Shown here: in pieces, positions 50,126 through 62,513 of the stretch | How positions within the stretch are numbered: position 1 is the first letter of the stretch | How the letters are laid out: the number at the start of each line of letters is the position of its first letter | DNA from: Catajapyx aquilonaris | Taxonomy: Eukaryota | NCBI GenBank assembly: GCA_000934665.2 | Contig: KZ538555.1 | Coordinates: 1 to 62,513, forward strand | DNA length: 62,513 bases | Direction: 5' to 3' | Program-made: the position numbers and the translations under genes | Notes under the pieces: model-generated | What the model was told of the DNA's origin: nothing | The model's input: only the letters and a program-made list of their open reading frames with translations | Database searches by the model: none

Positions 50126-50493
50126 ATAACTTAATGATAATAATAATAATGGGTTTAGTGCTCCGCCTAATGGGCAGCCTGCACAGTACTTTTATTTGCT
50201 TTGTAGTACCGCTCGTATAAGATGGTCCTTTTACCATAATGCCCGGGGACCGTGAGCGACAGGGAAGGTGACAGGAGGGTATGCTGTGCAAGGTGCAGTG
50301 CAGTACAGTCACTTTGGTCATTTTGTGAACTCCCCCGGGTGGTTTAGTCTATTGGAAATACCACCCAAGACGAAGTCAGAGATGGCCTTAAACTCTGCAC
50401 GAGATGAAGGGGGTGTCCCCGGGCGGGATTTGATCCCGGGACCTTAACATCCGTGGGCGCATACGTATTACCGCAGCACCACTCCGCCTCCCC
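50126..50493 (-). mobile_element. SINE family B
   Basis: 16-bp TSD TAATAGAGTATTATTA at 50110 and 50494. Confidence 0.88.
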
Positions 50494-50999
50494 TAATAGA
50501 GTATTATTATAGGCATTCCGTACGTGACCAGCATGTATATGTGCCTGTACCGTACCTATAGATGATAGTGGCCATGACCTGAACTATGCCACTGCCAAGA
50601 AACACCCATATTGGCTTGCAATAATCATTTCAATCAAGCTGAGAATATGCTGACATCACAATAATAATAAGCCTTCAATTGTTTATATCATATTTGACAT
50701 TGCTGAAAGTAATTGTGGCTCATCATTAAGTTAGTACAGTACGGTACAGTACCATTTTATAGTAGATGCAATAATACTGCCCTTTTATTACACTTTTAAT
50801 TCGTCAACTTTCTTCAATGACCATCGATGGTAGTACGGTACAATATATTATGCATACAGTATGCCAGGAAGGAAGGTATTTGAGTCCTACATAGTCATAA
50901 ATGCAATGACACAAATACTTAACAATATTAGAATAAAAATACTGGGAACGCAATGCAGTATATCCAGAGCATCCAGAGCGATCCAGAGTATAATATCAC

Positions 51000-51300
51000 G
51001 ATCATCAACAGTCATCACCGGTCATCACGGTGTAGCCCGAATCGATACGACCCTCCTCTCTTATTTCCAACCGTTCCCAACTGTTGTCAAGAGCTGCTAT
51101 CGGAAACGGGTTTGCATGCTAACAACCGCTACGTTATTGCCACGATCCCTTTTAGTCGTCCAATCAGTGCGCAAGAGGGAGGCTCGCCATTTTGTTCGAC
51201 GCCGCTCCGCCTCTTGTCCGGACCGTTGATCGGTGCTGGCTGCAACGTTGGAACGTCGTCGGACCTTTGTCGCAGCCAGTGTGCGGCTCCAACCTTCACC
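51000..51300 (+). promoter_or_regulatory. Putative PCF11 promoter / TSS region
   Basis: CpG-rich stretch, CCAAT near 51159, YY1-like CGCCATTTT at 51185; boundaries approximate. Confidence 0.45.
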
Positions 51301-51603
51301 CGGTGCAGACTGCCTCCCGCTGCATCAGGACGACAGCCTGCTGGTGCGTGTGTCTGTGTTATATTTTGTTTAGTGATTCGATTTCCCCGACGGACTGGAA
51401 ACGGGGGACTAGTTATGTGAGAGTCACCCTCTGCCTGGGGTTACATGTAAATAGTTATCTCGCTTCTCTATTTATAAAACCAAGCTCCTGAAGGGGAATA
51501 AAAGCAATTTTACATTCCAACTGTTGTCAAAACTACATTGTAACCAGTGTTGGGGGGTTTGGAAAGGCGGGAAGGGTCAGAGGTTGTTGAGCCCACTGTG
51601 AGG

Positions 51604-51762
51604 ATGTCCGGCGCCGAGGAAGTAGCGGAGGAGTACTCCACGTCCTTAGCTGACCTGACTGTGAATAGCAAGCCACTAATCAACATGCTGACCATGTTGG
51701 CGGATGATAATGCAGACCATGCGCCGGCCATCGTCCAAGCGGTTGAGAAGCATCTGCAGAAG
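51604..51762 (+). CDS. PCF11: PCF11 cleavage/polyadenylation factor, coding exon 1 (start of CID); remainder beyond the window
   Basis: MSGAEEVAEEYSTSLADLTVNSKPLINMLTMLADDNADHAPAIVQAVEKHLQK is the PCF11 CTD-interacting domain N-terminus; GTCAGT donor at 51763; I found no exon 2 before the window end. Confidence 0.93.
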
Positions 51763-54700
51763 GTCAGTATTCTTTACTCAGCAATATACTAACTGGGACG
51801 ATGTGGCCGTCTTTGCATGACCTGTGGTTGTGACGGTACTTTGTGGTGCAGGATGTGGCATTATGTTAATGATTCTTGAATCTGAATAAGGGATGTTTTG
51901 CACATTGGTAATTTACAGTATGTTGCTGCAGTCAGTGTGCATTTTGGTAGTGTAGGTGAAAAGGACATTGCACTCAATTTACAAATTGGTGTCGAAAGGT
52001 CAGAACGATTCCAAGGCTGCCATATGGCTTTCTGAGTACTGAAAAGGAACTTGAGGACAGGAGGTCAAAGTTGAAAATTTGTTTGCTGCTGCTGACTATT
52101 AGGTGGAGGGTCAACCAGCTCTCTACCAGCACAATGGTAAAACTTAATACTCTGTAGGGTTTTTTAACGTGCCTGTATATGTCCCAATAACGCTGCAGTG
52201 TACAATGACATGCCTGAAGGAGCATGGTGATGTCACGGGGCTGTATCTCCATATGATAGGCAGCAGTAGCAGACGACAAGTTTTTCCTGACTTTATTCTC
52301 TGACCCTTGGGTTATTTTTCAGCATTCAGAAAAGCAGATGGCATCCTGAGAATCAGTATTTTTTGCATAATTTTTAGAAACCAGCTTATAAATTGAGTGC
52401 AGTGCCCCTTTAATCATTAATGCCAGCACCGGAATGTAAATTTTAGTGACAGATAACAAACCATGGCTTCTTTGCCGGGGGACATTTTGATAGGATACAT
52501 CAGCTGGACATTAAACATTGCCATATTGAGACAGGGTGATGTGTGTTGGTTTCCATATGGTTTTATGTTGGTGGGCTAGTCAACAACAGAGCCAAAGCAT
52601 ATGACACATAGGTAGTTTATTAAGTCAAATACTCTATTTTTTCTCATTCCAGGGGAGCAAATATCATTTTTGCTTTTAATCCTGTGTATGGAACATAGGA
52701 GAGAATAATGAGTACATCCCATATATTGCATCTGGTTTTTCCTATTCTGCATCCATATGTTGGCTCCATGTTGGACATTTTAATTCTAATAATTAACCAC
52801 TTAGATGTTGTACAGGCAGTAATGAAAGCTGCTACCTTCCACGTGTTCCTTTCCATCATGGTTGGATACCAGTATGTCGTAGATATCTGGTTTAATATCT
52901 GCTTCCAGAATAAATCTTTCTAAGTATATTCCTCAGCAAGAACTGACTGTGAGTTGGTTGCCAAGGAATTTTGGTGGTTTGGTTCTAGATGAGGCAAGTG
53001 CTACAAAGACCTACTCGCATTATTTTGCCTTTACGTTTACTTGCACTGCCTCAATGGTGAGATCCATATTTCTGTGGCCTCTCAGAAAGTAGCAAACCCC
53101 TTTGACCTAATGGGTATCACCATGCTTTGTTGTGGCAGTGTCCTAAGGGAATTGAGTAATTCCAGCTTTGGAGCACGTTTGAAGGGAAGCTCTTGCTTTG
53201 ATAATCTTGTTCCATGCAGTATTTTGCTAAATTAATCACTTCGACAAAAAAAGTGACGTGGGGTTGGTGCTTCCTTCATAGGCACTAGCTGATCTAATAT
53301 TATGGTTAGATCATTACCCATGGGACATCTGGTAGGGAGTTTGATTTCCTTTAAGTTGTACAATGCTTGTATTGAAGGTAATGCCTGGGTTGTAAGGAAG
53401 TGGTGACTGGAATGGAAATTGCTGGGAATTGGTGTATTTGAGTAGGTAGGTAATGACATCTGCATTGTGATGGAGGCCAATGATGACCGTGAAAGTTTGG
53501 ACGTGGATTCTAATATAAGCTGGGTGAAACTTGAATGCGTGCAACTGGGCAACTATGGCTAGACTTTGTCAAGTAGGATGTGGAGTAGGCGACAAATACC
53601 CTGTCTCCCAGAAAAGTTGTCACCGGTGAGTTGTCTCTCACAAAAATGATCTCTTTCTAGTAGTTACAAAAACTCTGCTATAAAATGCATGTTATGTTGT
53701 GTTACATGACCCTTATACCACTGTGTGTGTGTTTAACGTCATTCTTTAGAGGTAGCATTCGCTAATTTTTTTTGAAATGTCATTGGGGTCACAGACAGAG
53801 CACCAAGGACAACTTGAAGCTGTTCCAGAACCAGCCCACTTTTTGATTGCTAATGACAGCGTTGTCAACCCAGATTGTTGATCCTCTAATTTCTTGTCAA
53901 CCTAGATGAATGTTGTTGGTACTGTTCTCAGTTGTTTGTTTGGTGTCACCAGAATCCTGGTGGACTTGAAATCAGGTGGTCAATTATACTTGTTAGCATT
54001 GTTGTCCATATATACCCAATAGTGCGCTAATTATGGAACAGGTTCAGTTTCCTTGGTGTTCCCAACTAAACTTCACTATCATTGGGGTATTGATAGTGAA
54101 GTTTAGCTGGGACAAGGTATGTCAGAGACGAAGTGCATGTCAATGTGCATAAAAAATATCAATGGGAGTTCATTATGAAAAAATAGAAGAATCATGTTTG
54201 GAAGCATGCCGTAACAACAGTTAACCTAGAGGGGCATTTATGCAATATGACTAGGTTTCATGAAATAGTTTGTGCAATCCCAAGATATAGAGAGGATAAA
54301 GGGGTGGTCACACACTTAGTTTTAGTATTTTTACTCTTAGGGGTCTGCTTATTGGCATGGGCCACTCCTTCCATTGGCCTGGAGCAGCCTTCGGCAATTA
54401 TTGGCTGATTATTAAGAGGAAGACTAAAACTAGTACTAAAACAGCCCATGTGTAAGGCCCCGTAAGAGGTTTCATTGAAAACAGGTCTTATGATTTTGCT
54501 CTGTACTGTGTACAGGGTGTATGTGAATTTATAAGTGGATGTGCTTATTGCCACCTTTTTCCTTCCACTGTAAAACATTTGTAAGTGTTAAAACAGTTGT
54601 GAGGGAATGGAACCAGATGAACTGAATCATTCCAGTGTACTCCCGTTTTTCCCTCCCTCTCTGAACTCTCCCGGTCACATGAGCCTCTGGTAAGAGTAAG

Positions 54701-54766
54701 TTACTGGCTATATTCACAAGGATTGGTTGAATATGTTCTTGTAATTGACCAAGTTAATGTAATATT

Positions 54767-55113
54767 GGGGGAGGTGTGGTGGCCGAGATGGTAACGTCTC
54801 GGCTTGCTGAGTGAAAGGCCCCAGGTTCGATCCCCGCCTGGGGAACTTCCTTTCACCTGCGTCAGGAGGGTCTCTGACCTGCACCAAGGAGGTGTCTGGC
54901 AACCTAACCTCCTGGGGGACTGCACATGGCCCAGTTTGAGACATTGCACTTGCACCCGTGTCCCCTCCCCAAAAATCCCTATCCTTACCCTATCTCCTTG
55001 ATTCCTTGCACCGGAGTGAAGTTAAGAGAAAAAAACTGGAAAGTAAAGGTTCATGCGATATACCCCGTAGGGGGTGAAAGCATTACCCACAATTTATTTA
55101 TTTATTTATTTTT
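54767..55113 (+). mobile_element. Chimeric SINE (family A head and body, family B tail)
   Basis: TSD AGTTAATGTAATATT at 54752 and 55114. Confidence 0.88.
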
Positions 55114-55927
55114 AGTTAATGTAATATTGGAAAATGAAGATCCTCCAACTGTAACCTGTTGAGATGGGGAGCCTCTGAGCATTAAAAAATATACTGTAAC
55201 ACATGGAAGATTAAGTTAGGCACAAAAATTCCCAAAATTCCCAACTTCCCAAATTTTTGGGTCTTTCGATTTACTATGTTGATGACAAATGATGGTGAGA
55301 TTTAAGCTTTATGCTTATGTATTGCTTTATGTTTTGGAACTTTGTGTTATGGCAAGTAAGCATGCACTTGCAAATAGGGCAAGGAGGTGAAGGATGCTTT
55401 TTGTCTCTTGGGTGCTTTTATGAGTGTTTGCACGTGTATATGGTCTCCTACTGATTCAAAAAAGCATTGCGAATGGAGTAAAAGTGGAAAAATAAGAGGG
55501 ACAAATTCGTGTGAAGACTTTATTGTTTGGATTCCTGACCATGTGAATTTATGCCCTCCTGTGAGTTCTGCAGCACTGGTTAAATACTAACACCATGAGA
55601 TAATGTAGGTCACGGCTAGGACCAATACAGAAACCTTCCCAAATGTTGAAAGTTGGAAAAAGTGATTTTCGTGTGACGTGTCTCATTGATTCCATGTCAG
55701 CTGGGGAATGGGTGAGGGAAGGACAGAGAGTAGGTTATGTAATTGATATATGCTGTAATGAAATTCACTAAGCCATGCAAATGAAGTGGTAACTTACAGA
55801 GCAACATGTGAGTGTACTGTACTACTGTGCAGTGAGAAGGAGTGCCAGGAGAGGGAGCAGGGAGAAGCAAGTGATTCTTCTGGTAGTCTGTAGTGGAATG
55901 GATTTCTGAGATAGGCAGGTCCATATA

Positions 55928-56330
55928 CAGGGTGATGGGAAACTCGCGGACAATCGCCAGGTAGACCGATAGTACTCGCAAAACTAATATAGGGATGTGC
56001 AATTAGTTTTGGATGCCGTTGCATAGTTAATGCATACAGCGCCGTCAAAGTTTCGTGATGCCACATCCGTTCCGCCAGCTTCAAAGAAGCAAAAGCCAGC
56101 TCGAGGGCCTCTGAATAATCCGGTCTTGGTCCCCGAATGCATCGTCCATGTGCAATAGGTGATCAGATCCCGTCAGAGTAAGAATCCAGGTGCGACACCC
56201 ATGCACTTTGTCGTTTTAACCTCTTTTTTTACCATCCGGCCCTCTTAAGTATGCATTAACTACGCAACGGCGCCCAAAACTAATTGCTCACCCTTTCATT
56301 AGTTTTGCGAGTACTATCTGTCTCCTTCTA
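55928..56330. mobile_element. Fold-back Tc1/mariner MITE, right end damaged
   Basis: TA|CAGGGTGATGGG start; GATAGTACTCGCAAAACTAAT inverted at about 56298-56318. Confidence 0.6.
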
Positions 56331-58124
56331 GGTAGTGTTACATACTTGGCAATATTTAAAGCAGGGTTATCCATTACAGGCAGCCCTCGTTTTACGACAG
56401 GGTTAGATTCAAGCAAAACAGGGTAATAAAATGAAGTCTTAATATGAGACTAAATTTAATTCACCATGAAGAACAAAAGCGCCTATTGCATGTTTGACTC
56501 CTAGACGTTGCAGCAATGTGTTACTGTTTTGATATTTTTTCCCCACATATGTCACTTTTTAATGCAATGTTGAAAAGGTCGTTAATGTGAAACATTGTAA
56601 AATTAACAGCTTAAAATGGGGACTTCCCATGCTTGTGTTATCTGCATGACACCAGACTAGTGCGTGGCAGTGTTTTGCCAGAGCTGCTAGTTCTGTGAGG
56701 GTTCATAATTGCATATGCTTAAGTGATCCATTAATAGGGTACTACCATGAGTTTTGTTTTATTAATTGGCTTATGGAGGCAAATAATAATTTGTTTGCCA
56801 TGTTGAAGTGTGTTAGTGAGACTTACCCAACTCTTATTTTTACAGAAATGTTGGATGATTAAAGGTGTAACTTCTGTAGCATTTTGAATTGCACTGGGAA
56901 TCAGTGTGAAGGAGATTGAGTTAGTTTCATGAAATTGGAGATATTAATGTACAGTTGTATCAGTGCTGTAGTCTCGTGAATGATTTCTGCGATATACTGA
57001 TATGATATAGAAGAACCATGCCATGTGAGAAGATGTTATGCACCATCTTCTCTGAATCTTTCCATTTCAGATCACCCACTGCATCAATTGAGAGCTATAA
57101 GAAACTCAGCGAGACATGGAATTTCATATGCCGTGAATTTGACAGCTGCCTCAAATTATCACCTGCAAAGTATGACTACTCAGCATTTTGCTGAGCTTCT
57201 AGTAGTCCTCAGTGTTATCACAGTGGGTGATCTGATGTTGATTGTATTCAGATAAGGCAGTGGGCGGTCTCTACCGTTACACCATGGTTCTTCTTATATA
57301 TTCATGTCCATGTGATGTTGGATTTTAAATTAAATATAAGCATTGAATTACTTTGTACTGAAGCTTTTTCATAATTGAAAGCATGCAGCAGTGTTTAGAA
57401 TTCTAAATTCTAGATAGCATACCTTTTATTTAAAAGATCTGCTTTGCAGAGAAAAGTTGTTAGATTTTAACTGCCTGAAATGCAATTTGTTGTTGAACCA
57501 TTGAGGATAATTGCAGGGGTGACAACATGTACTCAGCACGTGCCAGTTAAAGCTTTGTCCTACTGTTCTCATCTGCCAATCCGTTGTGGGTTGGTGCTGG
57601 GTCATTTTGCATGATAGTGAGGCAGTGGGGCAAAGGGATGCTCCAAAACTACTTTTTAATGCCTTGCAACAAAGTATTCATTGTTAAATGATTGATTTTG
57701 TTAGTGTTTTGGGGTGCTTGTAACAGGTGCTGCTTCTTTTTATACTGGTTACACTGGTTGCTGGGGTAAATAATCCATAATGTCTTCATCTACCCCACTC
57801 TTGAACTGGGTACTTTGGCTGTGCAACACCATGTATGTATATACCATGTGTCCCAATGCAGATGTCTATTTCAGTCAGCAATATTTTTGTACTAAGTTGC
57901 ACATTATTAAGCAGTAACTTTTTAACAGGTATTCTTAAGGTTATCAAAATATTGGCTAATAATGGATCGAGTAGACAAGCCACATAGGACAATCTGGCCT
58001 GGGGGAAATAAATTCACGAACTGCTCAGTTACCGGAGGTCAAAATGGGTCACTGTGAATGTATTGTACTTGAAAATACACTGTAGTTCTGGGTCTGAATG
58101 AATGTTTCTACTCAACTAATATTA

Positions 58125-58719
58125 CGAGGGCGAATCAGAAAGTAATCGAAAACTTTTTAAATTCAGAAGTTTCGCTAGAGAAACTGAAATTGAGATACCC
58201 GTATGAAAGGGCAAGTCTTTCACAAATTTTAGACAGAGTCACCATACACTTTGGTGCATTTGTCCCAGTGGGACACTCGTTTTTCCAAACCTCTGCAGAA
58301 AAAAGTGTCAGACTGGGTGGGAAGCCAGTAGGGGATGGCCTCTTTCACTTCCTCGATGTTGCTGAGGACTTGTGAAGCTAGTGCTTCTTTTGTGGTCCAA
58401 AGAGGTGGTTTTACGTGGTTTTACCCATGGTCTAACATCTATTTGGGCCAATGAAGAAGCTCTTGGCAGGTCAGAACTTCAGCGACATCGAGGAAGTGAA
58501 AGAGGCCATCCTCCACTGGCTTCCCACCCAGTCTGACACTTTTTTCTGCAGAGGTATGGAAAAACTAGTGGCCCGCTGGGAAAAATGCACCAATGTGTAT
58601 GGTGACTATGTCTAAAATTAGAGAAAGACTTGCCCTTTCATATGTATATCTCATTTTCAGTTTCTCTAGTGAAACCTCTGAATTAAAAAAGTTTTCAATT
58701 ACTTTCTGATTTGCCCTCG
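58125..58719. mobile_element. Mariner fold-back MITE (two 3' ends)
   Basis: TA|CGAGGGC.AATCAGAAAGTAAT TIRs; plus-strand HLFGPMKKLLAGQNFSDIEEVKEAI...RWEKCTNVYGDYV with an inverted copy on the left. Confidence 0.88.
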
Positions 58720-59193
58720 TAGAAAGCCACATTTTTGATGGCCCTTGAAAGGGATCATTGAAAAGTGTCAGTTTAATAATAAGCAGCTTGGTAAAATGTT
58801 TTGGGTGAGAATTTTTCCTTCTATTAAAGCGTATATTGTATATTGGGACTGACATTTTATACTAAAAATTAAGTCGTCCTGCATGTAGAAGAGAAAGCAA
58901 GCAGTGATTACAGTGATGTCATTGGTTTTCATGTGCACCATATTTATGAAAAATTGTTGCTAGATTTATCAGGTGGCAGTGTTAACTAAGCTTTGGCTGT
59001 GACTAGCACAAATATTTCTGTCTGTTGGTGTGCCAGTAAGCAGTTATGACATGACCAGACGTAGAAAACGATGGCTACAAATTTTTGTCTGAAATCTGGC
59101 TAGTATACATGGTTCTATGGGTAGTTATAATACATTTGTTGGTACACACACTGCACAAGAGTTGTTTAGAGTCTGGCATATGTATGGAATATA

Positions 59194-59772
59194 CAGTATG
59201 TATCTGAAGTTGGTGCCTATTTTTATTTCTGAATAACTTTCCAACAAGTACACCTGTGGAAGTCAAACATGATTCAAATGTGCGGGAATTCATGAGAATT
59301 TATCTGGGTAACACCTTGCTACTGTGGCACTACTAGTGAGCGCAGCTTTACACTTCTTCCGCGGTGGCGCTGTTAGCGGGCGCAGGTTGACACTTCTTGG
59401 TGGCGCTGATAACGGGGGCAGCTGTGAACAAAATGTCGGACCACCTCTGTCGCTCTCTGTGATGTGACAGGCCAGCCCTCTAACACTTCAACCCCATTCG
59501 TATGTCACAGACAGGCGGTCCCGACATGTTGCTCACATCTGCTCCCGTTATCAGCGCCACCCCAGCAAGAAGTGTCAACCTGCGCCTGCTAACAGCGCCA
59601 CCGCGGAAGAAGTGTAAAGTTGCGCTTGCGAGCAGTACCGCAGTAGCAAAGTGTCACCCAGATAAATTCTCATTAATTCCCACACATTTTGAATCATGTT
59701 TGACTTCCGTAGGTGTGCTCGTTGGAAAGTTATTCGGAAATAAAAATAGGCACCGACTTCTGGTACACCCTG
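59194..59772. mobile_element. Fold-back MITE
   Basis: About 260-bp arms (GAAGTTGGTGCCTATTTTTATTTC...) flanked by TA. Confidence 0.85.
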
Positions 59773-59915
59773 TAGAGTAGACTCTGTCAAGTGCAATAAA
59801 TAAAATATACCACTGATAACGATACTGGTGGGGAGCGGGTGATACTGTAATTCACAATATGTGATGGTTGAGCCTTAAGAAGACCATTGAAATGGTGCCA
59901 CTGGAGGTGCTAGGG

Positions 59916-60254
59916 CAGTGCTTCCCAAACTGGGGTTGCAAGAGAGGGTCACAAATTATTAGAACAAAATGATTAGATCTGGAAAAATATGCCTATAAAT
60001 GAGGAGATGTATAAATTTATCAATGATTTGTCATTGACTACCACTATGTAGGCTACAGTTCAATGTCTTTTCATGTTTGTGGTTCAAATTGTGCATATCT
60101 GGTGGGGGTGACAGGAGAAAAAAGATACTGTATGATAGTGCAGACCTTGGTACAGACAGGGGAGGCAGGGAGTAGGGTTAAATTGGAAGTGGGGGTCGCG
60201 AATTTGACGAGACAAATTTCTGGGGTCGCCAATGAAAATGATTGGGAAGCATTG
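59916..60254. mobile_element. Charlie-like hAT MITE
   Basis: CAGTGCTTCCCAA...TTGGGAAGCATTG; TSD TGCTAGGG / TGCTATGG; related to 12369 copy. Confidence 0.78.
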
Positions 60255-61012
60255 TGCTATGGAGTGCTTCGTCATATTTTAAAAGAAGTTCATCAACTAC
60301 CCATAAAACTTGTGTAAATGTCAATGTTTGTCGGAAAGTCATGCAGGGGTCCGAACTTTAATTGCTGGTGCCAGCTATCTCAACCTTGATGGTTTGTGAA
60401 AAGACATATATACGTGCTTCCGATATTATGGCATATTACTTGCACAGAAATGTAAGCAATGTTTTAGTCAGAGCTGAAGCCCACTGATACAACTGGATAA
60501 AAAAATTGTGAAAGGGATAAATGAACTCAAAATACCGAATATTCCACAGTTACAGAAAATATTAAATACAACACATGCAGTAACTAGTTGAAACTGTAAT
60601 TTCACATGTAAGTTGCAATTTATACAGTATTAAAGTATTAATAAATGCCTTTGCATGACACTGTGCTAATTATTACATTCCTGGCATGTGTGCAGTCATG
60701 TAGAAGATCTCATCAGTGTTGTCTGTTGCTGCACAAATCATTAGGAGAACTGTTAATTGTCATGTGCCCTTGCTTATCACATAAAATGACAAAGTTTCGA
60801 AGACAATTATATACACAGTTGGTGGATGAGTGAAGATTTAACCCCTTGAAATTGGGTGGTAGGTATGTCATAACAAACATTATAAAAGCCTTTTTGCAGC
60901 AAAACTCAACCTCCTGTCACTAAGTAACATGGTTTCTGTGTGCCATTTTTTTTCTTCACCAATTTTGCAATACAAAAACATTTCAAAATCATGCCCACAA
61001 ACTTGTGTTGGC

Positions 61013-61016
<4 letters not shown>

Positions 61017-61050
<34 letters not shown>

Positions 61051-61062
61051 NCACACACACAC
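61017..61062. repeat. (CT)n(CA)n compound microsatellite
   Basis: Direct read; one N at 61051. Confidence 0.9.
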
Positions 61063-62513
61063 AAAGTAAACTTAGGCCTGCCTTAACAGCCCCATTTTGG
61101 ACCATAGAGGATCCATGGGTGGTACCCTAAAAGTAGTGCAACTATACTATGTACAGTTTTAAAATGATTAACTGATGTTAATTTTTGTGGAATCACTGCT
61201 AGATCATGGCAATTTCACTTAACTAGTAGCAGCCAAATTTTGGGAACACTGCTTGGCCCACCCTCCAACTTGGAAGTAGTACATAGGCCACTGCCAGTTA
61301 GTGTATAGGCTCTCCCTCCCCACACTCCTGCCACTCTAAGGGAGAAAGTACTACATGCACGTTGGTGATGAGTCACTGCACAGACAAAGTCCACCAGGCC
61401 ACTATACTACTTTCTCTGCTTACTACTTTTCCTGTTCAACAATTAGAGGACAGGAATGTAAGCTATGGTAACTACTACCTAGGCGATGTTTACAGGGTGG
61501 AGTCATGGATTGTGAATTCTGTATATGATAATTGGCTGAGAGGCAGGTACAGTGCCAGCCCGAAGACTTGAGACTTCCGTTCGAATGAATGGGGTGGGTG
61601 TGATCTCTGCCAGCTACTAACCCCACTGCCGCTGCTGCCCAATGTGGAAATGAATGCAAATTTAAAGGGCTATGGTAGATTGACAAAACATGACAACCTG
61701 ATTTTTTTCACTCATGACCTGTACTCTGTGTGATGGCACCACTGTACACACCTTATACAGCTCTTTCATATCCTTTGCACAATCCAAAAGACGAATAAAT
61801 CAGCATTAAATGCTGCTGCTCAAGGGGGCCTTCCATTAGGAATCACAGTTGGAGCTATTGTAGTACACTCCTGGGCTGCAAGCGTAGCAAGTTGATGTAC
61901 ACAGATAACATCACTCACATGGTGAAGATTTCAAGAATAACATACCAGTTTTGTTTTTTTTAAATTATAGCTGACCCCTTTTTTATAATGGCCAAAAACC
62001 ACCCAGTTTAAAAGGGTTAAGTTCACAACAATGGCAACATAGAGTAGGGGGAGACCGGGGCTAGATGGAACTTTTTACATTTCATTTTTTTCTGAGGCCA
62101 GTTAAGACTTATTCACTGTCATTTTTTTACTGATAAATAATTGAGACATTTAAGCATGTATGTGATGTTTTCACATGTTTGCATTTTAGATATGCTATCC
62201 ACTAGAAATTATTTAAAAAGCCTCTGCACATGTGCCAACATGCCTCATGCCAGGGGCACATGGCACAAGGCATGGGGCACGTTGGCACAGAAATATAAGG
62301 CTAAAGGAGGGCTTATGAAATAATATGAAAATCACTTCCACACACATTATCGATTCATATCCATATAGTTACAAAAGATTACAAAGATGTTACAAGATAT
62401 TCAGAACTTTTTGCCTGCAGGATAACATAGCGTGCCCTCCAGCTAAGGAGCAAGTAGGGGGTCGTCCATAAACCACGTGACCGATTTTCGGGCACTTTGA
62501 CCCCCCCCCCCCC

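Noticed and set aside
50861..51491. Overlapping 99-155 aa ORFs upstream of PCF11
   Set aside because: GC-rich promoter/leader sequence with no recognisable protein features
57003..57300. Exon-like segment after TTTCAG (57070) in PCF11 intron 1
   Set aside because: No similarity to the expected CID continuation; enclosed by an inverted repeat (ATA.AGAAGAACCATG), so probably an old MITE, though a poison exon cannot be excluded

Overview
This is eukaryotic (arthropod, most likely insect) genomic DNA, not prokaryotic. Most ORFs in the supplied track are spurious; the real genes are spliced. I reconstructed four genes by hand from GT-AG boundaries with consistent phases. (1) An RBM26/27 (swm)-like gene on the minus strand has 7 coding exons from 11800 to 1356 and runs off the left edge. 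(2) A complete 6-exon ataxin-3 on the plus strand (15873-31504, 326 aa, no polyQ) is transcribed divergently from RBM26 across a short, probably bidirectional promoter. (3) A complete 4-exon MPPED-family metallophosphoesterase lies on the minus strand (45009-42376, 289 aa). (4) The first coding exon of PCF11 (51604-51762) is followed by more than 10 kb of intron 1. Introns and intergenic DNA are dense with mobile elements: Tc1/mariner relics and fold-back MITEs, hAT, Kolobok-like, piggyBac-like, a Helitron, a solo LTR, and at least five tRNA-derived SINE families. The most interesting signals are a polyadenylation-signal cluster in PCF11 intron 1 resembling the vertebrate autoregulatory site, start-stop uORFs in the PCF11 leader, a modular SINE system with a TSD-bounded chimera and a covarying 3' stem-loop, a snap-back SINE insertion, and orphan exon-like segments between ATXN3 and MPPED. 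There is one 223-N assembly gap.
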